Below, piece after piece: positions 28,111 to 36,862 of a stretch of DNA of 55,063 bases. Positions within the stretch are counted from its first letter, which is position 1. Each line of letters starts with the position of its first letter. The notes beneath the pieces were generated by a model. That model searched no databases and was not told the origin of the DNA. It saw only the letters and a program-made list of their open reading frames with translations. The position numbers and the translations under genes were made by a program. Location of the stretch: contig CAYFWY010000001.1 of the NCBI GenBank assembly GCA_964346895.1, positions 1 to 55,063 on the forward strand, read 5' to 3'. The stretch comes from an uncultured Candidatus Bathyarchaeia archaeon (GTDB lineage Archaea; Thermoproteota; Bathyarchaeia; Bathyarchaeales; Bathyarchaeaceae).

Positions 28111-29313
28111 GTGAGAAATTTGCATGAAAACCAGCATGCGTACGAAGGCGATATAAATTCTTTGTCAAACAAAAATACAACCCAAATCCATTTCTGGCAA
28201 GGAAACCAAGCATGCGCAGAGGCAGCTATAACAGTTGGATGTAGATTCTTCGCAGGATACCCCATAACACCCTCTAGTGAAATCGCCGAAAACCTAGCGC
28301 TGAGGTTACCCCAAGTAGGCGGCATAGCCATCCAGATGGAAGACGAACTAGCTTCCCTAGGTGCAGTCATAGGAGCAAGCTGGGCAGGAGCAAAAGCCAT
28401 GACCGCTACTTCAGGCCCCGGCTTTAGTCTCATGCAGGAAAACATAGGGTACGCTTTCATGACCGAAACTCCGTGCGTAATCGTAAACGTCCAGAGAGTT
28501 GGCCCAAGCACAGGTCAAGCCACTAAATGTAGTCAAGGAGACGTAATGCAGGCTCGCTGGGGAACCCATGGAGACTATTCTCCTATTGTACTCTCGCCCA
28601 ACTCGGTGCAAGAAATGTTCGACCTAACAATTAAAGCTTTCAACTTAGCCGAAAAATATCGGACACCAGTCATACTCTTAGCCGATGAAATCGTCGCCCA
28701 CATGAGAGAACCAATAACCGTGCCACCCTTCCATAACATAAGGATAGTCAACCGCAGAAAACCGAAACAAACAGATAAAGCCTTCTTTGGCCTAAAAGAA
28801 GTCCCACCGATGCCATCCGTCGGCCAAGGCTTCAACGTTTCCGTAACCGGATCAACACACGACGAATACGGAATTCGCTACACAGCCAACCCAGCTGTAC
28901 ATCGACGGCTGGTCGAGCGGTTAGTGAGGAAAATACGAAGAAACGCAAGCCAAATCCTAGACTTCGAGGACTATAAAAGTAAGAACTGCGAAGTCGCTAT
29001 CGTTTCCTATGGATGCACCTCGCGGGCAGTTTATGAAACAGTTGACTCCGCGAAAAAGAAAGGAATCAAACTTGGCTTCCTTCGACTGAAAACACTGTGG
29101 CCCTTCCCCGAAGATGCAATTCAGACGATGGTTAAAAACGCCAAAATACTTTTCGTACCGGAAATGAATCTGAAACAGATTTTCTACGAAGTGGAAAGAG
29201 CAGTTCACGGCACGGTTCCAGTTGTTCCCATAAACAAGATCGGAGGCGGAGAAATGATAACGCCGGAAGAACTACTCGTAAAAATCGTGAGAGATGTGAA
29301 AAATGTTGACTGA
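28111..29313 (+). CDS. korA: 2-oxoglutarate/2-oxoacid:ferredoxin oxidoreductase, alpha subunit (KOR type)
   Basis: GNQACAEAAITVGCRFFAGYPITPSSEI and GAKAMTATSGPGFSLM. The GTG start at 28111 is uncertain; TTG alternatives lie up to 28162. Confidence 0.85.
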   Translation: MRNLHENQHAYEGDINSLSNKNTTQIHFWQGNQACAEAAITVGCRFFAGYPITPSSEIAENLALRLPQVGGIAIQMEDELASLGAVIGASWAGAKAMTATSGPGFSLMQENIGYAFMTETPCVIVNVQRVGPSTGQATKCSQGDVMQARWGTHGDYSPIVLSPNSVQEMFDLTIKAFNLAEKYRTPVILLADEIVAHMREPITVPPFHNIRIVNRRKPKQTDKAFFGLKEVPPMPSVGQGFNVSVTGSTHDEYGIRYTANPAVHRRLVERLVRKIRRNASQILDFEDYKSKNCEVAIVSYGCTSRAVYETVDSAKKKGIKLGFLRLKTLWPFPEDAIQTMVKNAKILFVPEMNLKQIFYEVERAVHGTVPVVPINKIGGGEMITPEELLVKIVRDVKNVD

Positions 29314-30139
29314 AAAAAGTTTCACTCGAAAATATCTAAGAAACATACGGCTTCCATTTTGCCCAGGTTGCGGCAACCTAACAATCATGAACTCTTTCCT
29401 CAGAGGTATTCATGAACTGGGATACGAAGACCCTAGCAAATTCGTTTTCTGCAGCGGCATTGGATGCGCAGCATGGATCGCGTCCCCCTACTTCAAAGCA
29501 GACTCAATCCACGTTACCCATGGAAGAAGCATACCTGTAGCCACAGGAGTGAAGGCAATACGTCCAGACTTGAACGTCGTAGTCTTCGGCGGAGACGGAG
29601 ACCTAGCAGGAATCGGTTTGAGCCACCTGATTCATGCTGCTCGAAGAAATCTCGACATCATTGTTATTATGTCAAACAACATGATCTATGGAATGACAGG
29701 TGGCCAAGTCGCCCCCACGACTCCCCTCCAAACCAAAACAACGACAACCCCCTACGGAAACGTTGAACGCCCGTTCGACACGACTTACCTAATGGTTGCA
29801 GCTGGAGCTAGCTACGCAGTCCGCTGGACAACCTTTCACATAGAACAACTCAAAGAATCCATTAAGAAAGCCATCACAACCAAGGGCTTCTCCTTCATCG
29901 AAGTATTAAGCCAGTGTCCCACAGCCTTTGGAAGAAGAGTTGGACTCAAAACAGCGCCGGAGATGCTCCGATGGTTCAAGCAAAACTCTGTGACGCTTCA
30001 AGACGCCGAGAAAATGGCTGAAAAAGACTTGAAAGGAAAGATTGTAGTGGGAGAATTCGCTCATCGAGAATTTCCAACAGTCCCCGAAACTCTTTACGAA
30101 GTTATGAAGGAGGCAAGGAGGAGTGCACAAAAAGATTGA
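29303..30139 (+). CDS. korB: 2-oxoglutarate/2-oxoacid:ferredoxin oxidoreductase, beta (TPP) subunit
   Basis: 278-aa ORF with FCPGCGN and GGDGDLAGIGLSHLIHAARRNLDIIVIMSNNMIYGMTGGQ. Overlaps the alpha-subunit stop. Confidence 0.88.
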   Translation: MLTEKSFTRKYLRNIRLPFCPGCGNLTIMNSFLRGIHELGYEDPSKFVFCSGIGCAAWIASPYFKADSIHVTHGRSIPVATGVKAIRPDLNVVVFGGDGDLAGIGLSHLIHAARRNLDIIVIMSNNMIYGMTGGQVAPTTPLQTKTTTTPYGNVERPFDTTYLMVAAGASYAVRWTTFHIEQLKESIKKAITTKGFSFIEVLSQCPTAFGRRVGLKTAPEMLRWFKQNSVTLQDAEKMAEKDLKGKIVVGEFAHREFPTVPETLYEVMKEARRSAQKD

Positions 30140-30659
30140 GGTAAGAATAAGCGGTTTTGGAGGACAAGGTGTAGTCTTGGCCGGAGAAATTCTTGGAAGA
30201 GCTGCTGCTTACGAAGGAAGATACGTGGTTCAAACCCAAAGCTACGGTGCCGAGGCTAGAGGAAGTACTGCAATGAGCGAAGTCATCATCTCGGATAGCA
30301 AGATCGGTTTCCCAAAGGTTAGGAAATGCGACATCTTGGTAACTATGAGTCAAAATGCCCTTGAAGCAAATTTGAAACACTTGAAGGAAAAAGGCGTGTT
30401 GATAGTTGACAAAGATAAGGTAGCACCCCTACCCGAAACAAAGGCAAGAGTTTTCAAAATTCCCGCGACAAAAACTGCTGCGAAGCTATTTAAATCCAGG
30501 CTTTACGCCAACGTCATCATGTTGGGAGCCTTGTCCAAAGTAACGGGAATTGTGAAAGAAAAGACTATTGAGAAAGCTATAGCTGACACTGTGCATGAAG
30601 CTTCAAGAGAAGCGAACATCAGAAGTTTCAGAAAAGGGCTCAAACTTGTTGCGCTATGA
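30123..30659 (+). CDS. korG: 2-oxoacid:ferredoxin oxidoreductase, gamma subunit
   Basis: 178-aa ORF with RISGFGGQGVVLAGEILGRAA and QTQSYGAEARGS. No delta/ferredoxin subunit lies in this set. Confidence 0.85.
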   Translation: MHKKIEVRISGFGGQGVVLAGEILGRAAAYEGRYVVQTQSYGAEARGSTAMSEVIISDSKIGFPKVRKCDILVTMSQNALEANLKHLKEKGVLIVDKDKVAPLPETKARVFKIPATKTAAKLFKSRLYANVIMLGALSKVTGIVKEKTIEKAIADTVHEASREANIRSFRKGLKLVAL

Positions 30660-30835
30660 TGTTTCGCGTGCAAAGAGTCTTAAGACACGATAGACAGCGC
30701 ACCTTGAGATAATAATCCAAACTTGTTTTTGCATTAGAGCGGATATAGCCTTTCAAGAACGATGCAGTAAGTGGCGGAAATACTGGGATGGAAAATATTT
30801 GGAAAAGATTTAAGGAACCGTAGTTTCTCGGAAGT

Positions 30836-32056
30836 TTAGCGATAGGGTATGTACTTTCTTCCCAATAGTTCCCTCGCTATTATTGTTCTTTGTATGTTAA
30901 GTGTTCCTTCTGCGCCTATCATGTAGGACATTATGCCTCTCAATCCCATTTCCAAGGGGCACTCTTTCGTGTAGCCGTAGGCTCCGAACCATAACATAAC
31001 CCGTTTGAAAACGTCGAAGGCAAAGGGTGGAATCTTCAATTTGCAGGCTGAAATATAACTGCTGACTCTTCTGGCTGAAAACTTTTCTTCCGAATATTTC
31101 TTGTCCATCATCCACGCCGTACGGTAAACAAGGGACCGCAAAGCTTCAAGTTCAGCCCAGTCATCAGCCAACTCGAATTGTATTCCTTCAAACTTTGCTA
31201 TGGGACGACCGAAGGCTTCGCGCTCCTTGATGTGGGCCATTCCAATTTCTAAGGCTCTTTTCGCTGCGCCCAAACATGTTGCCCCTATCAAAAGTCTGGC
31301 CGCATCAAAACCTTCCATTGTCAGATAGAATCCATTTCCTTCCTCACCTATTCTGTGGTAGTCCGGTAACCGAACGCCATTCATCAGGAAACCCCCTGTT
31401 GAAATCCCAAGTCTTCCCATATCTTCAAACCGCTTCACACTTTCTACTTCTGGCATATTTATCGGTACAAAGAATGCCGTCATCCCTAAATGATGCTTAT
31501 CAAGAGATGGCGGAGGCGAAGTCCTGACTAAGACGAAGTAGCCACCGCCCCATTTTTTTGCTTCTTCCGTTCCGGTTGTGTAAAGTTTTTCTCCATTCAA
31601 AACCCATCTGTCACCTTCTTTCATAGCCGTCGATTTGACATTCGCCACGTCGCTTCCACCGCCAGCTTCGGTGACAGCTACTCCTATGAAGGTTTCCCCT
31701 CTAACGGCCTTCCTGACGAATTCCTCTCTAACTTGTTCCGAGCAGTATCGGTCGACAACAAATCCCCAAGAAGCTTCTACTAGAAACAAGACGGGTATGG
31801 CTATGCTTATGTCCGCATAACCTAGTTCTTCGGCTACAATACATGTCGTAACCCAGTCTGCCCCTAATCCGCCATGATCTTCAGGTATAGTCATCATAAG
31901 AAAGCCCAAATCAGTCATTCCCTTAATAATCTCCTTTGGAACTTCATGTTTCTCGTCGATTTCTCTGATTTTCTCCAACGAAAGGTTCTTTTCACACCAA
32001 TTGTGGAGCCCCTCCTTAATGAGTTCCTGCTCCACAGAGAAGCTGAAATCAACCAT
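30836..32056 (-). CDS. Acyl-CoA dehydrogenase (divergent paralog)
   Basis: 406-aa ORF with an ACAD N-terminal helical domain, VTEAGGGSDV, and a C-terminal GAYGYT motif. Confidence 0.85.
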   Translation of the reverse strand: MVDFSFSVEQELIKEGLHNWCEKNLSLEKIREIDEKHEVPKEIIKGMTDLGFLMMTIPEDHGGLGADWVTTCIVAEELGYADISIAIPVLFLVEASWGFVVDRYCSEQVREEFVRKAVRGETFIGVAVTEAGGGSDVANVKSTAMKEGDRWVLNGEKLYTTGTEEAKKWGGGYFVLVRTSPPPSLDKHHLGMTAFFVPINMPEVESVKRFEDMGRLGISTGGFLMNGVRLPDYHRIGEEGNGFYLTMEGFDAARLLIGATCLGAAKRALEIGMAHIKEREAFGRPIAKFEGIQFELADDWAELEALRSLVYRTAWMMDKKYSEEKFSARRVSSYISACKLKIPPFAFDVFKRVMLWFGAYGYTKECPLEMGLRGIMSYMIGAEGTLNIQRTIIARELLGRKYIPYR

Positions 32057-32441
32057 TTAAGATCCCCACAATACTTATTATGCATACAAGTTGAAAGTAG
32101 ATTAAGAGTGTTTGGTGAAACACTTAGAAAAACCTATATTTTAACGACGTTTCCGGTGTGCATATATTCAGATCAGCGGTTCCTCCAAAGCTCCTGCTCT
32201 GCGCGCGCTTGAGTTTGATTTAGGGTGAGATTTCAAGTACCAAAGTATTTCAATAGAAAGGTTTGTGCCTGAACTTCATAAGATTGTAACCTCATTAGTG
32301 TTGATTAGGGATGAATGTAACCATAGAGTAATGTTTTACAAGTTATAGAATAGGTGAAACTTTGATCCTAATCAAAGGTCTTCCTGAGGCTGATGTCTCT
32401 TCTCTTATCATGCGACTTCACAAAATTCTTTCTCTTCGACT

Positions 32442-33392
32442 TCAAACAGTCTTTCCAATGTTCTCCAACGCTGTGGCAACTATCAAGGGGAAGGCTATTG
32501 TCGCGTCGCATATGACCGTCACCGCGTTTCCCTCAGGCTTCACCTTTCCCCAACTAATCGCCTCTTCTAAGGTAGCTCCACTCAAGCCTCCGGGCTCTGG
32601 CCTATCCATGGTAATTTGAATTGCACAGTCGAGGCCCTCTCGAAACGTGTTTGCGAACAAGGCAAAATGTTTAGGCCAGCCTCCTCCCAAGATAATAATT
32701 CCGGCTTTCTTAGCTTCATAGACTTTTTTCATCAGTTTGTCTACGTCGATAAGTGGGTCTACTCCCATCTTGTTGTCTTGTCCAAACATCCAGAGGTGAA
32801 ATCCAGCTATTGAATCTACAAAGCCTGGACTTATCACGGGAACTCCTTTCTTTGCTGCTGTAGCTAGTATTGACTCTGGATCCCGGATTTGTTTACCTAC
32901 CTCAAACAAAAGCTCTGCCGTGGATATGCGTTCCCTTTTCTCTTCAGGTATATTTTCTAGTATTTTGTACATCCATTTTTCCAAGCTCTTAAACACCTTC
33001 TGCTCGATGTAAATGTCACCTATTCTTCCAACGTCCTTAGCCCTGAGTTTCTTGTCTTCAGCAAGAAAGGTACCTACTAGATGTTTGTAGCCAAGGGCTT
33101 CTATCATGTCGTGCACCATGTTAGCCCCGGTAGTAACTACCAATTTTACGTATTCTTGATCGATTAAATCTCTGATTATTTGTCTCATTCCTCCCGGAAC
33201 CATCGGTCCGGCTAAGGTCAAGAACACCGTGTAGTCCTTGTCATTAAACATTTCAGTAGCCAGTTCGGCTGCCTTACCAATTTTTCCAGCGCCGAGCACG
33301 CCACATTCTCTCATCTCATAGATCAGTTCGCCCACGGTTAATACATGTCCCAGACGTATCTGTTTGACGTGTTTCAATTCTTCACCCCGCAA
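32442..33392 (-). CDS. dys: Deoxyhypusine synthase
   Basis: 316-aa ORF with LTLAGPMVPGGMRQ, VVTTGANMVHD and ISWGKV. Lies immediately downstream of aIF5A on the same strand. Confidence 0.9.
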   Translation of the reverse strand: MRGEELKHVKQIRLGHVLTVGELIYEMRECGVLGAGKIGKAAELATEMFNDKDYTVFLTLAGPMVPGGMRQIIRDLIDQEYVKLVVTTGANMVHDMIEALGYKHLVGTFLAEDKKLRAKDVGRIGDIYIEQKVFKSLEKWMYKILENIPEEKRERISTAELLFEVGKQIRDPESILATAAKKGVPVISPGFVDSIAGFHLWMFGQDNKMGVDPLIDVDKLMKKVYEAKKAGIIILGGGWPKHFALFANTFREGLDCAIQITMDRPEPGGLSGATLEEAISWGKVKPEGNAVTVICDATIAFPLIVATALENIGKTV

Positions 33393-33477
33393 ATATATGC
33401 AAGATTAACAATTCAAGAGTGGAGATTAACGTTTTAAAAGGTAGTTGTGGAAACTGGAAATTTTAGCTCTAAGAGGG

Positions 33478-33870
33478 TTAGCCTTTCGTTCGCATTATTC
33501 TTGTTCTGCCCAAAATTCGCCAGTACTCAATCTCGATACCGGAAGCGAGTCTAGAGCTTATTTCCTCTTCGGGTAAGGGCGCCTCAAATATTTCGTACGT
33601 TTCCAGATCCATCACCTGAACAGCCGCTGGCAACAGCGCTATGACTTGGCCACCCCTTTTCTCGATGATAGGTACTTCAACCTGTGCACTAACCGGTTTC
33701 ACAAGGGTTCTTTTCGCCTCATCAAAAACGCCTATGGCAACAATTCGAGCCTTTGCGGAACCGTGTTTTCCCGGCTTTGATTTAGTGTAATTCATGATGC
33801 GACATGGTTCACCGTCGATAATTATGTAGCTTCCAACTCGTAGGGCTCCTAGTTCCATGGGTTTGCTCAT
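33478..33870 (-). CDS. eif5a: Translation initiation factor 5A (aIF5A)
   Basis: Hypusine loop [15 protein letters not shown]. The track ORF starts at 33903. The ATG at 33870 (MSKPMELG) gives a typical length of about 130 aa. Confidence 0.9.
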   Translation of the reverse strand: MSKPMELGALRVGSYIIIDGEPCRIMNYTKSKPGKHGSAKARIVAIGVFDEAKRTLVKPVSAQVEVPIIEKRGGQVIALLPAAVQVMDLETYEIFEAPLPEEEISSRLASGIEIEYWRILGRTRIMRTKG

Positions 33871-34015
33871 TCCTTCTTGCCTCTCCGCACAGAATTCTTT
33901 CACACAATTCGTTATTAATAACCTATCGCCTAAATATATCTAACAGTCACAGAACAGCTAGTTAATGTAAAATATTCAGGTTCTACATTTCTCTTATATC
34001 GGGCTTAAGCAGTAA

Positions 34016-34888
34016 ATGTTATTGTTGTTGGAGGAAATAGAACTGTTCAACGCTGTGGGTGTAATTGCACGGGTTGATCGTAGAGAGGCATTGAGGTTCG
34101 TAGCCAAACTGATAGCTTATTTAGAAGAGAGGAGCCTTTCCGTGTTTCTTGAGCCAAAGTTAGCGGAACGCGTTAAAAAAATTGAGGCTGCTTTACCTCT
34201 GGAAAAGATGAAGACAGATTTGATTATCACGGTGGGAGGAGATGGCACTATTTTAAGAACGTGCCTCTCTATTCCTAAGCCGGAACCCCCGATTCTCGCG
34301 ATCAATATGGGTGTGCGTGGCTTTCTGGCGGAAGTGACACCGAAGGAAGGATTAAACGCTGTTGAACAATGCCTAGAAGGAAGATTCACCCTTGAAAGAT
34401 GCATGAAGCTGACGGCATTTGTAGGAGAAGCAAGACTGCCCGATGCTTTAAATGAAGTTTTCATCACTTCCCATGCTCCAGCTAAGCTTTTGTATACAAG
34501 GATCTGGAAGAACGGTGCGGCTGTAGCTGAATGTCGAGCTGACGGCATGGTTATTGCGTCCCAAGTTGGATCTACAGGATATTCCCTGTCTGCAGGAGGA
34601 CCCGTTCTTGATCCCGAAGTTGATGCCTTCGTCTTAACACCTATCTGTCCGCTTCGCTTGTTTCACCCCATAGTTTTTCCTGCAAAATCTACCATAAGCA
34701 TCGAACTTCTCAAACCGAAAAAGGCTGTTGTTGTAATAGACGGTCAGTATAAGACCAGAATTAGACCTGGCCATCCACGTGTAATGATCACCAAGTCTGA
34801 ATATGAATCTGCCTTTGTTCGGTTCAGAGACAACTTTTACCATCGCCTGAAGGGTAGACTTCTCTTTTCCAGAGGTGAAATTCTCTGA
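34016..34888 (+). CDS. nadK: NAD kinase
   Basis: 290-aa ORF with GGDGTILR, ADGMVIASQVGSTGYSLSAGGP. Confidence 0.9.
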   Translation: MLLLLEEIELFNAVGVIARVDRREALRFVAKLIAYLEERSLSVFLEPKLAERVKKIEAALPLEKMKTDLIITVGGDGTILRTCLSIPKPEPPILAINMGVRGFLAEVTPKEGLNAVEQCLEGRFTLERCMKLTAFVGEARLPDALNEVFITSHAPAKLLYTRIWKNGAAVAECRADGMVIASQVGSTGYSLSAGGPVLDPEVDAFVLTPICPLRLFHPIVFPAKSTISIELLKPKKAVVVIDGQYKTRIRPGHPRVMITKSEYESAFVRFRDNFYHRLKGRLLFSRGEIL

Positions 34889-35406
34889 CAAAGAAGACCC
34901 TCGTTCTGGATACATCCGCCTTCATCGCTGGATTCGACCCCTTTTCGGTCAGTGAAGCACAATACTCTGTTCCTGCTGTTAAGAAGGAGCTTGCCTCAAA
35001 CTCTATGCCTTGGACACGATTCAACACCGCAGTGGAGAACAGAAGATTAAGTGTTAGGAACCCGAGAAATTCTTTTCTCCAAGAGGTTCATGAAGCATCT
35101 AGAAAGGTTGGAGACGTTCGTTACCTTTCTGAAGCGGACATGGAGGTCTTGGCGCTGGCTTTAGAGTTGAAGAAGGCAGGTTTGAACCCATTTATTGTGA
35201 CAGATGACTATTCGATCCAAAATGTAGCCAACCAAATTGGCGTAAACTTCACTTCGCTTATTACTTATGGGATAAAATTTCGCTTCACCTGGATTATATA
35301 TTGCCCCGCATGTTACCGGAAATACCGTTCGAATTACAAGCTTAATTCCTGCGAAGTCTGCGGCACCAAACTCAAGAGGAAACCAATGGTGAAAACTCCG
35401 CTATGA
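34885..35406 (+). CDS. nob1: Nob1-like PIN-domain endonuclease with C-terminal zinc ribbon
   Basis: The ATG-limited track ORF is 35005-35406. The same frame is open from 34879 and encodes the PIN N-terminus KKTLVLDTSAFIAGFDP, including the first acidic residue. There is no ATG/GTG/TTG in that stretch. A CTG at 34885 lies 6 nt after GAGGTGA. C-terminal CPACYRKY..CEVCG. Confidence 0.7.
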   Translation: MTKKTLVLDTSAFIAGFDPFSVSEAQYSVPAVKKELASNSMPWTRFNTAVENRRLSVRNPRNSFLQEVHEASRKVGDVRYLSEADMEVLALALELKKAGLNPFIVTDDYSIQNVANQIGVNFTSLITYGIKFRFTWIIYCPACYRKYRSNYKLNSCEVCGTKLKRKPMVKTPL

Positions 35407-35529
35407 ATGGACGCCTTTAGATGATATTTAATGACGATAAGGTCGGCTGATTTTAGCCGCCTAGATTTGCACTCATTCCTTGATATCTAAGTTTGATAGA
35501 GCCCGAATGTATTCTTTTTACCCATAAAT

Positions 35530-35796
35530 CTGACACCACTTATAGCATCGTTTAAAATAATCACAATTGTTGAATTGGGCGACAATGCTCAGTTTGCCGT
35601 CATAGTTCTTTCTGCGGAGCATGAATTTCCTTTGCTGATCTTTATCGAAGCGAGTATGGCGTTCGCTCTCGTTAGTGGGCTCGGTGCATTGGTTGACACA
35701 GAACTAATGAGAGTTGTACCACTGAAATACATTCAACTTGGAAGCGGACTTGTCTTCATAGTTTTGGGTATCGCGTTTTTAATCAACCCTGCTTAG
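35530..35796 (+). CDS. Single-domain UPF0016 (GDT1/TMEM165-like) membrane protein
   Basis: The track ORF (TTG at 35575) starts inside the signature motif. The frame is open from 35500 and encodes TM1 with the motif (LTPLIASFKIITIVELGDNAQ) and two further TM helices. The start is unresolved; CTG at 35530 would give 88 aa. Confidence 0.5.
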   Translation: MTPLIASFKIITIVELGDNAQFAVIVLSAEHEFPLLIFIEASMAFALVSGLGALVDTELMRVVPLKYIQLGSGLVFIVLGIAFLINPA

Positions 35797-35827
35797 AATA
35801 GGCCTTGCGCGTATAACGTACTAAATT

Positions 35828-35939
35828 TGGCGCCGGGGAAGGGATTTGAACCCTTGAGGCGCAAAGCGCCACCGGCTATCTTCTGGACCCCATAATTATA
35901 CATCTCGAGGCCGGCACATTACCGCTCTGTCACCCCGGC
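35828..35939 (-). tRNA. tRNA-Ser(CGA) with a 26-nt intron, long variable arm and encoded CCA
   Basis: Hand fold: acceptor GCCGGGG/CCCCGGC, U8, D-arm ACA/TGT with GG loop, anticodon stem CCGGC/GCCGG, loop CU-CGA-G[intron]A. The intron lies at 35878-35903, after position 37. Variable arm GGCGC-TTT-GCGCC, T-arm AAGGG-TTCAAAT-CCCTT, discriminator G, then CCA. Confidence 0.8.
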
Positions 35940-36089
35940 GCCTATTTTTGTTAGAGTTGCTACTGTTTAATAAAAGTGCCTTCATAAATTTCAAAAAATG
36001 ATAGAGATATACAGTGATAGTTTTCCACTTTGTCTAAAAAACGTAACCTAAATAAGCGAGCAAAGTTATGCACCCAGAAGGGTGAAAAC

Positions 36090-36653
36090 ATGCCAAATAA
36101 GGTAGTTATAATCATTGATTTGTTGAACGATTTCGTTACTGGCGATTTAAAAACCGAGCGCGCGGTAAGGATAGTACCAAAACTAAAGAAACTAATTGAA
36201 GCAGCTAAAAAACATGGTGTGCCAGTGATATACTCCAATGATGCCCACTATAAACATGATTTTGAAGTGGTTCGCAAGTGGGGAGGTCATGCAATAAAGG
36301 GAACCCCTGGCGCTCAGGTAATCCCAGAACTTGCCCCAAGAGAAGGAGATTTTATCGTTGAAAAGAGAGCATATAGTGGCTTTTACGAAACTGGGCTTGA
36401 GCCGCTTCTCCGAAGTCTTTACGGAGGCCAGGGGGTGGATAATGTTATTTTGGGCGGATTGCATACCCACATATGTGTCAGGCACACGTCTGCTGACGCC
36501 TTTTTCAGAGGCTACAAAATAACAATAGCAAGTGATGGCGTGGAAGCCTTCAGCCAAAAAGAACACGAAGAAGGTTTGAAGTATTTAAAAGAAGTCTACA
36601 ATGCAGAAATAAAAACTGTTGACGAAATAATAGAAGAATTAGAGAAAGTGTGA
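36090..36653 (+). CDS. Isochorismatase-family hydrolase (probable nicotinamidase)
   Basis: VVIIIDLLNDFV (Asp) and GGLHTHICVRHT (Cys) are typical of the family. The track ORF starts at TTG 36030. The ATG at 36090 is preceded by GGGTGA. Confidence 0.8.
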   Translation: MPNKVVIIIDLLNDFVTGDLKTERAVRIVPKLKKLIEAAKKHGVPVIYSNDAHYKHDFEVVRKWGGHAIKGTPGAQVIPELAPREGDFIVEKRAYSGFYETGLEPLLRSLYGGQGVDNVILGGLHTHICVRHTSADAFFRGYKITIASDGVEAFSQKEHEEGLKYLKEVYNAEIKTVDEIIEELEKV

Positions 36654-36862
36654 TTTCTGCGCGCGCGCATGAATTCAAACAATAACCATACATAAGGGTT
36701 CGAAAAAGGTCGTATAAACAGCAGCTTTGACGCCTCATGAGATTGCCGTTATAACAATGGGGTTAACAGGATGTTTTTAGCTGTAGGAATGAACAGAATT
36801 AATAGGAGAGGAAGAAGGCTATATTGCTGTTCAAGCGAAAAAAGACGAGAGAGGGTTGAAGC

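Noticed and set aside
27906-28511. 201-aa ORF on the minus strand
   Set aside because: Its 5' two-thirds (28111-28511) are antisense to the well-supported korA gene, whose strong family motifs lie on the plus strand. The remainder runs into AT-rich promoter DNA. It is a typical shadow ORF with odd composition.
34874-34890. Programmed -1 frameshift fusing NadK to the Nob1-like protein
   Set aside because: The Nob1 frame is -1 relative to nadK, but there is no X_XXY_YYZ slippery heptamer in the zero frame and only 3 codons of overlap. An independent or coupled initiation is more plausible.
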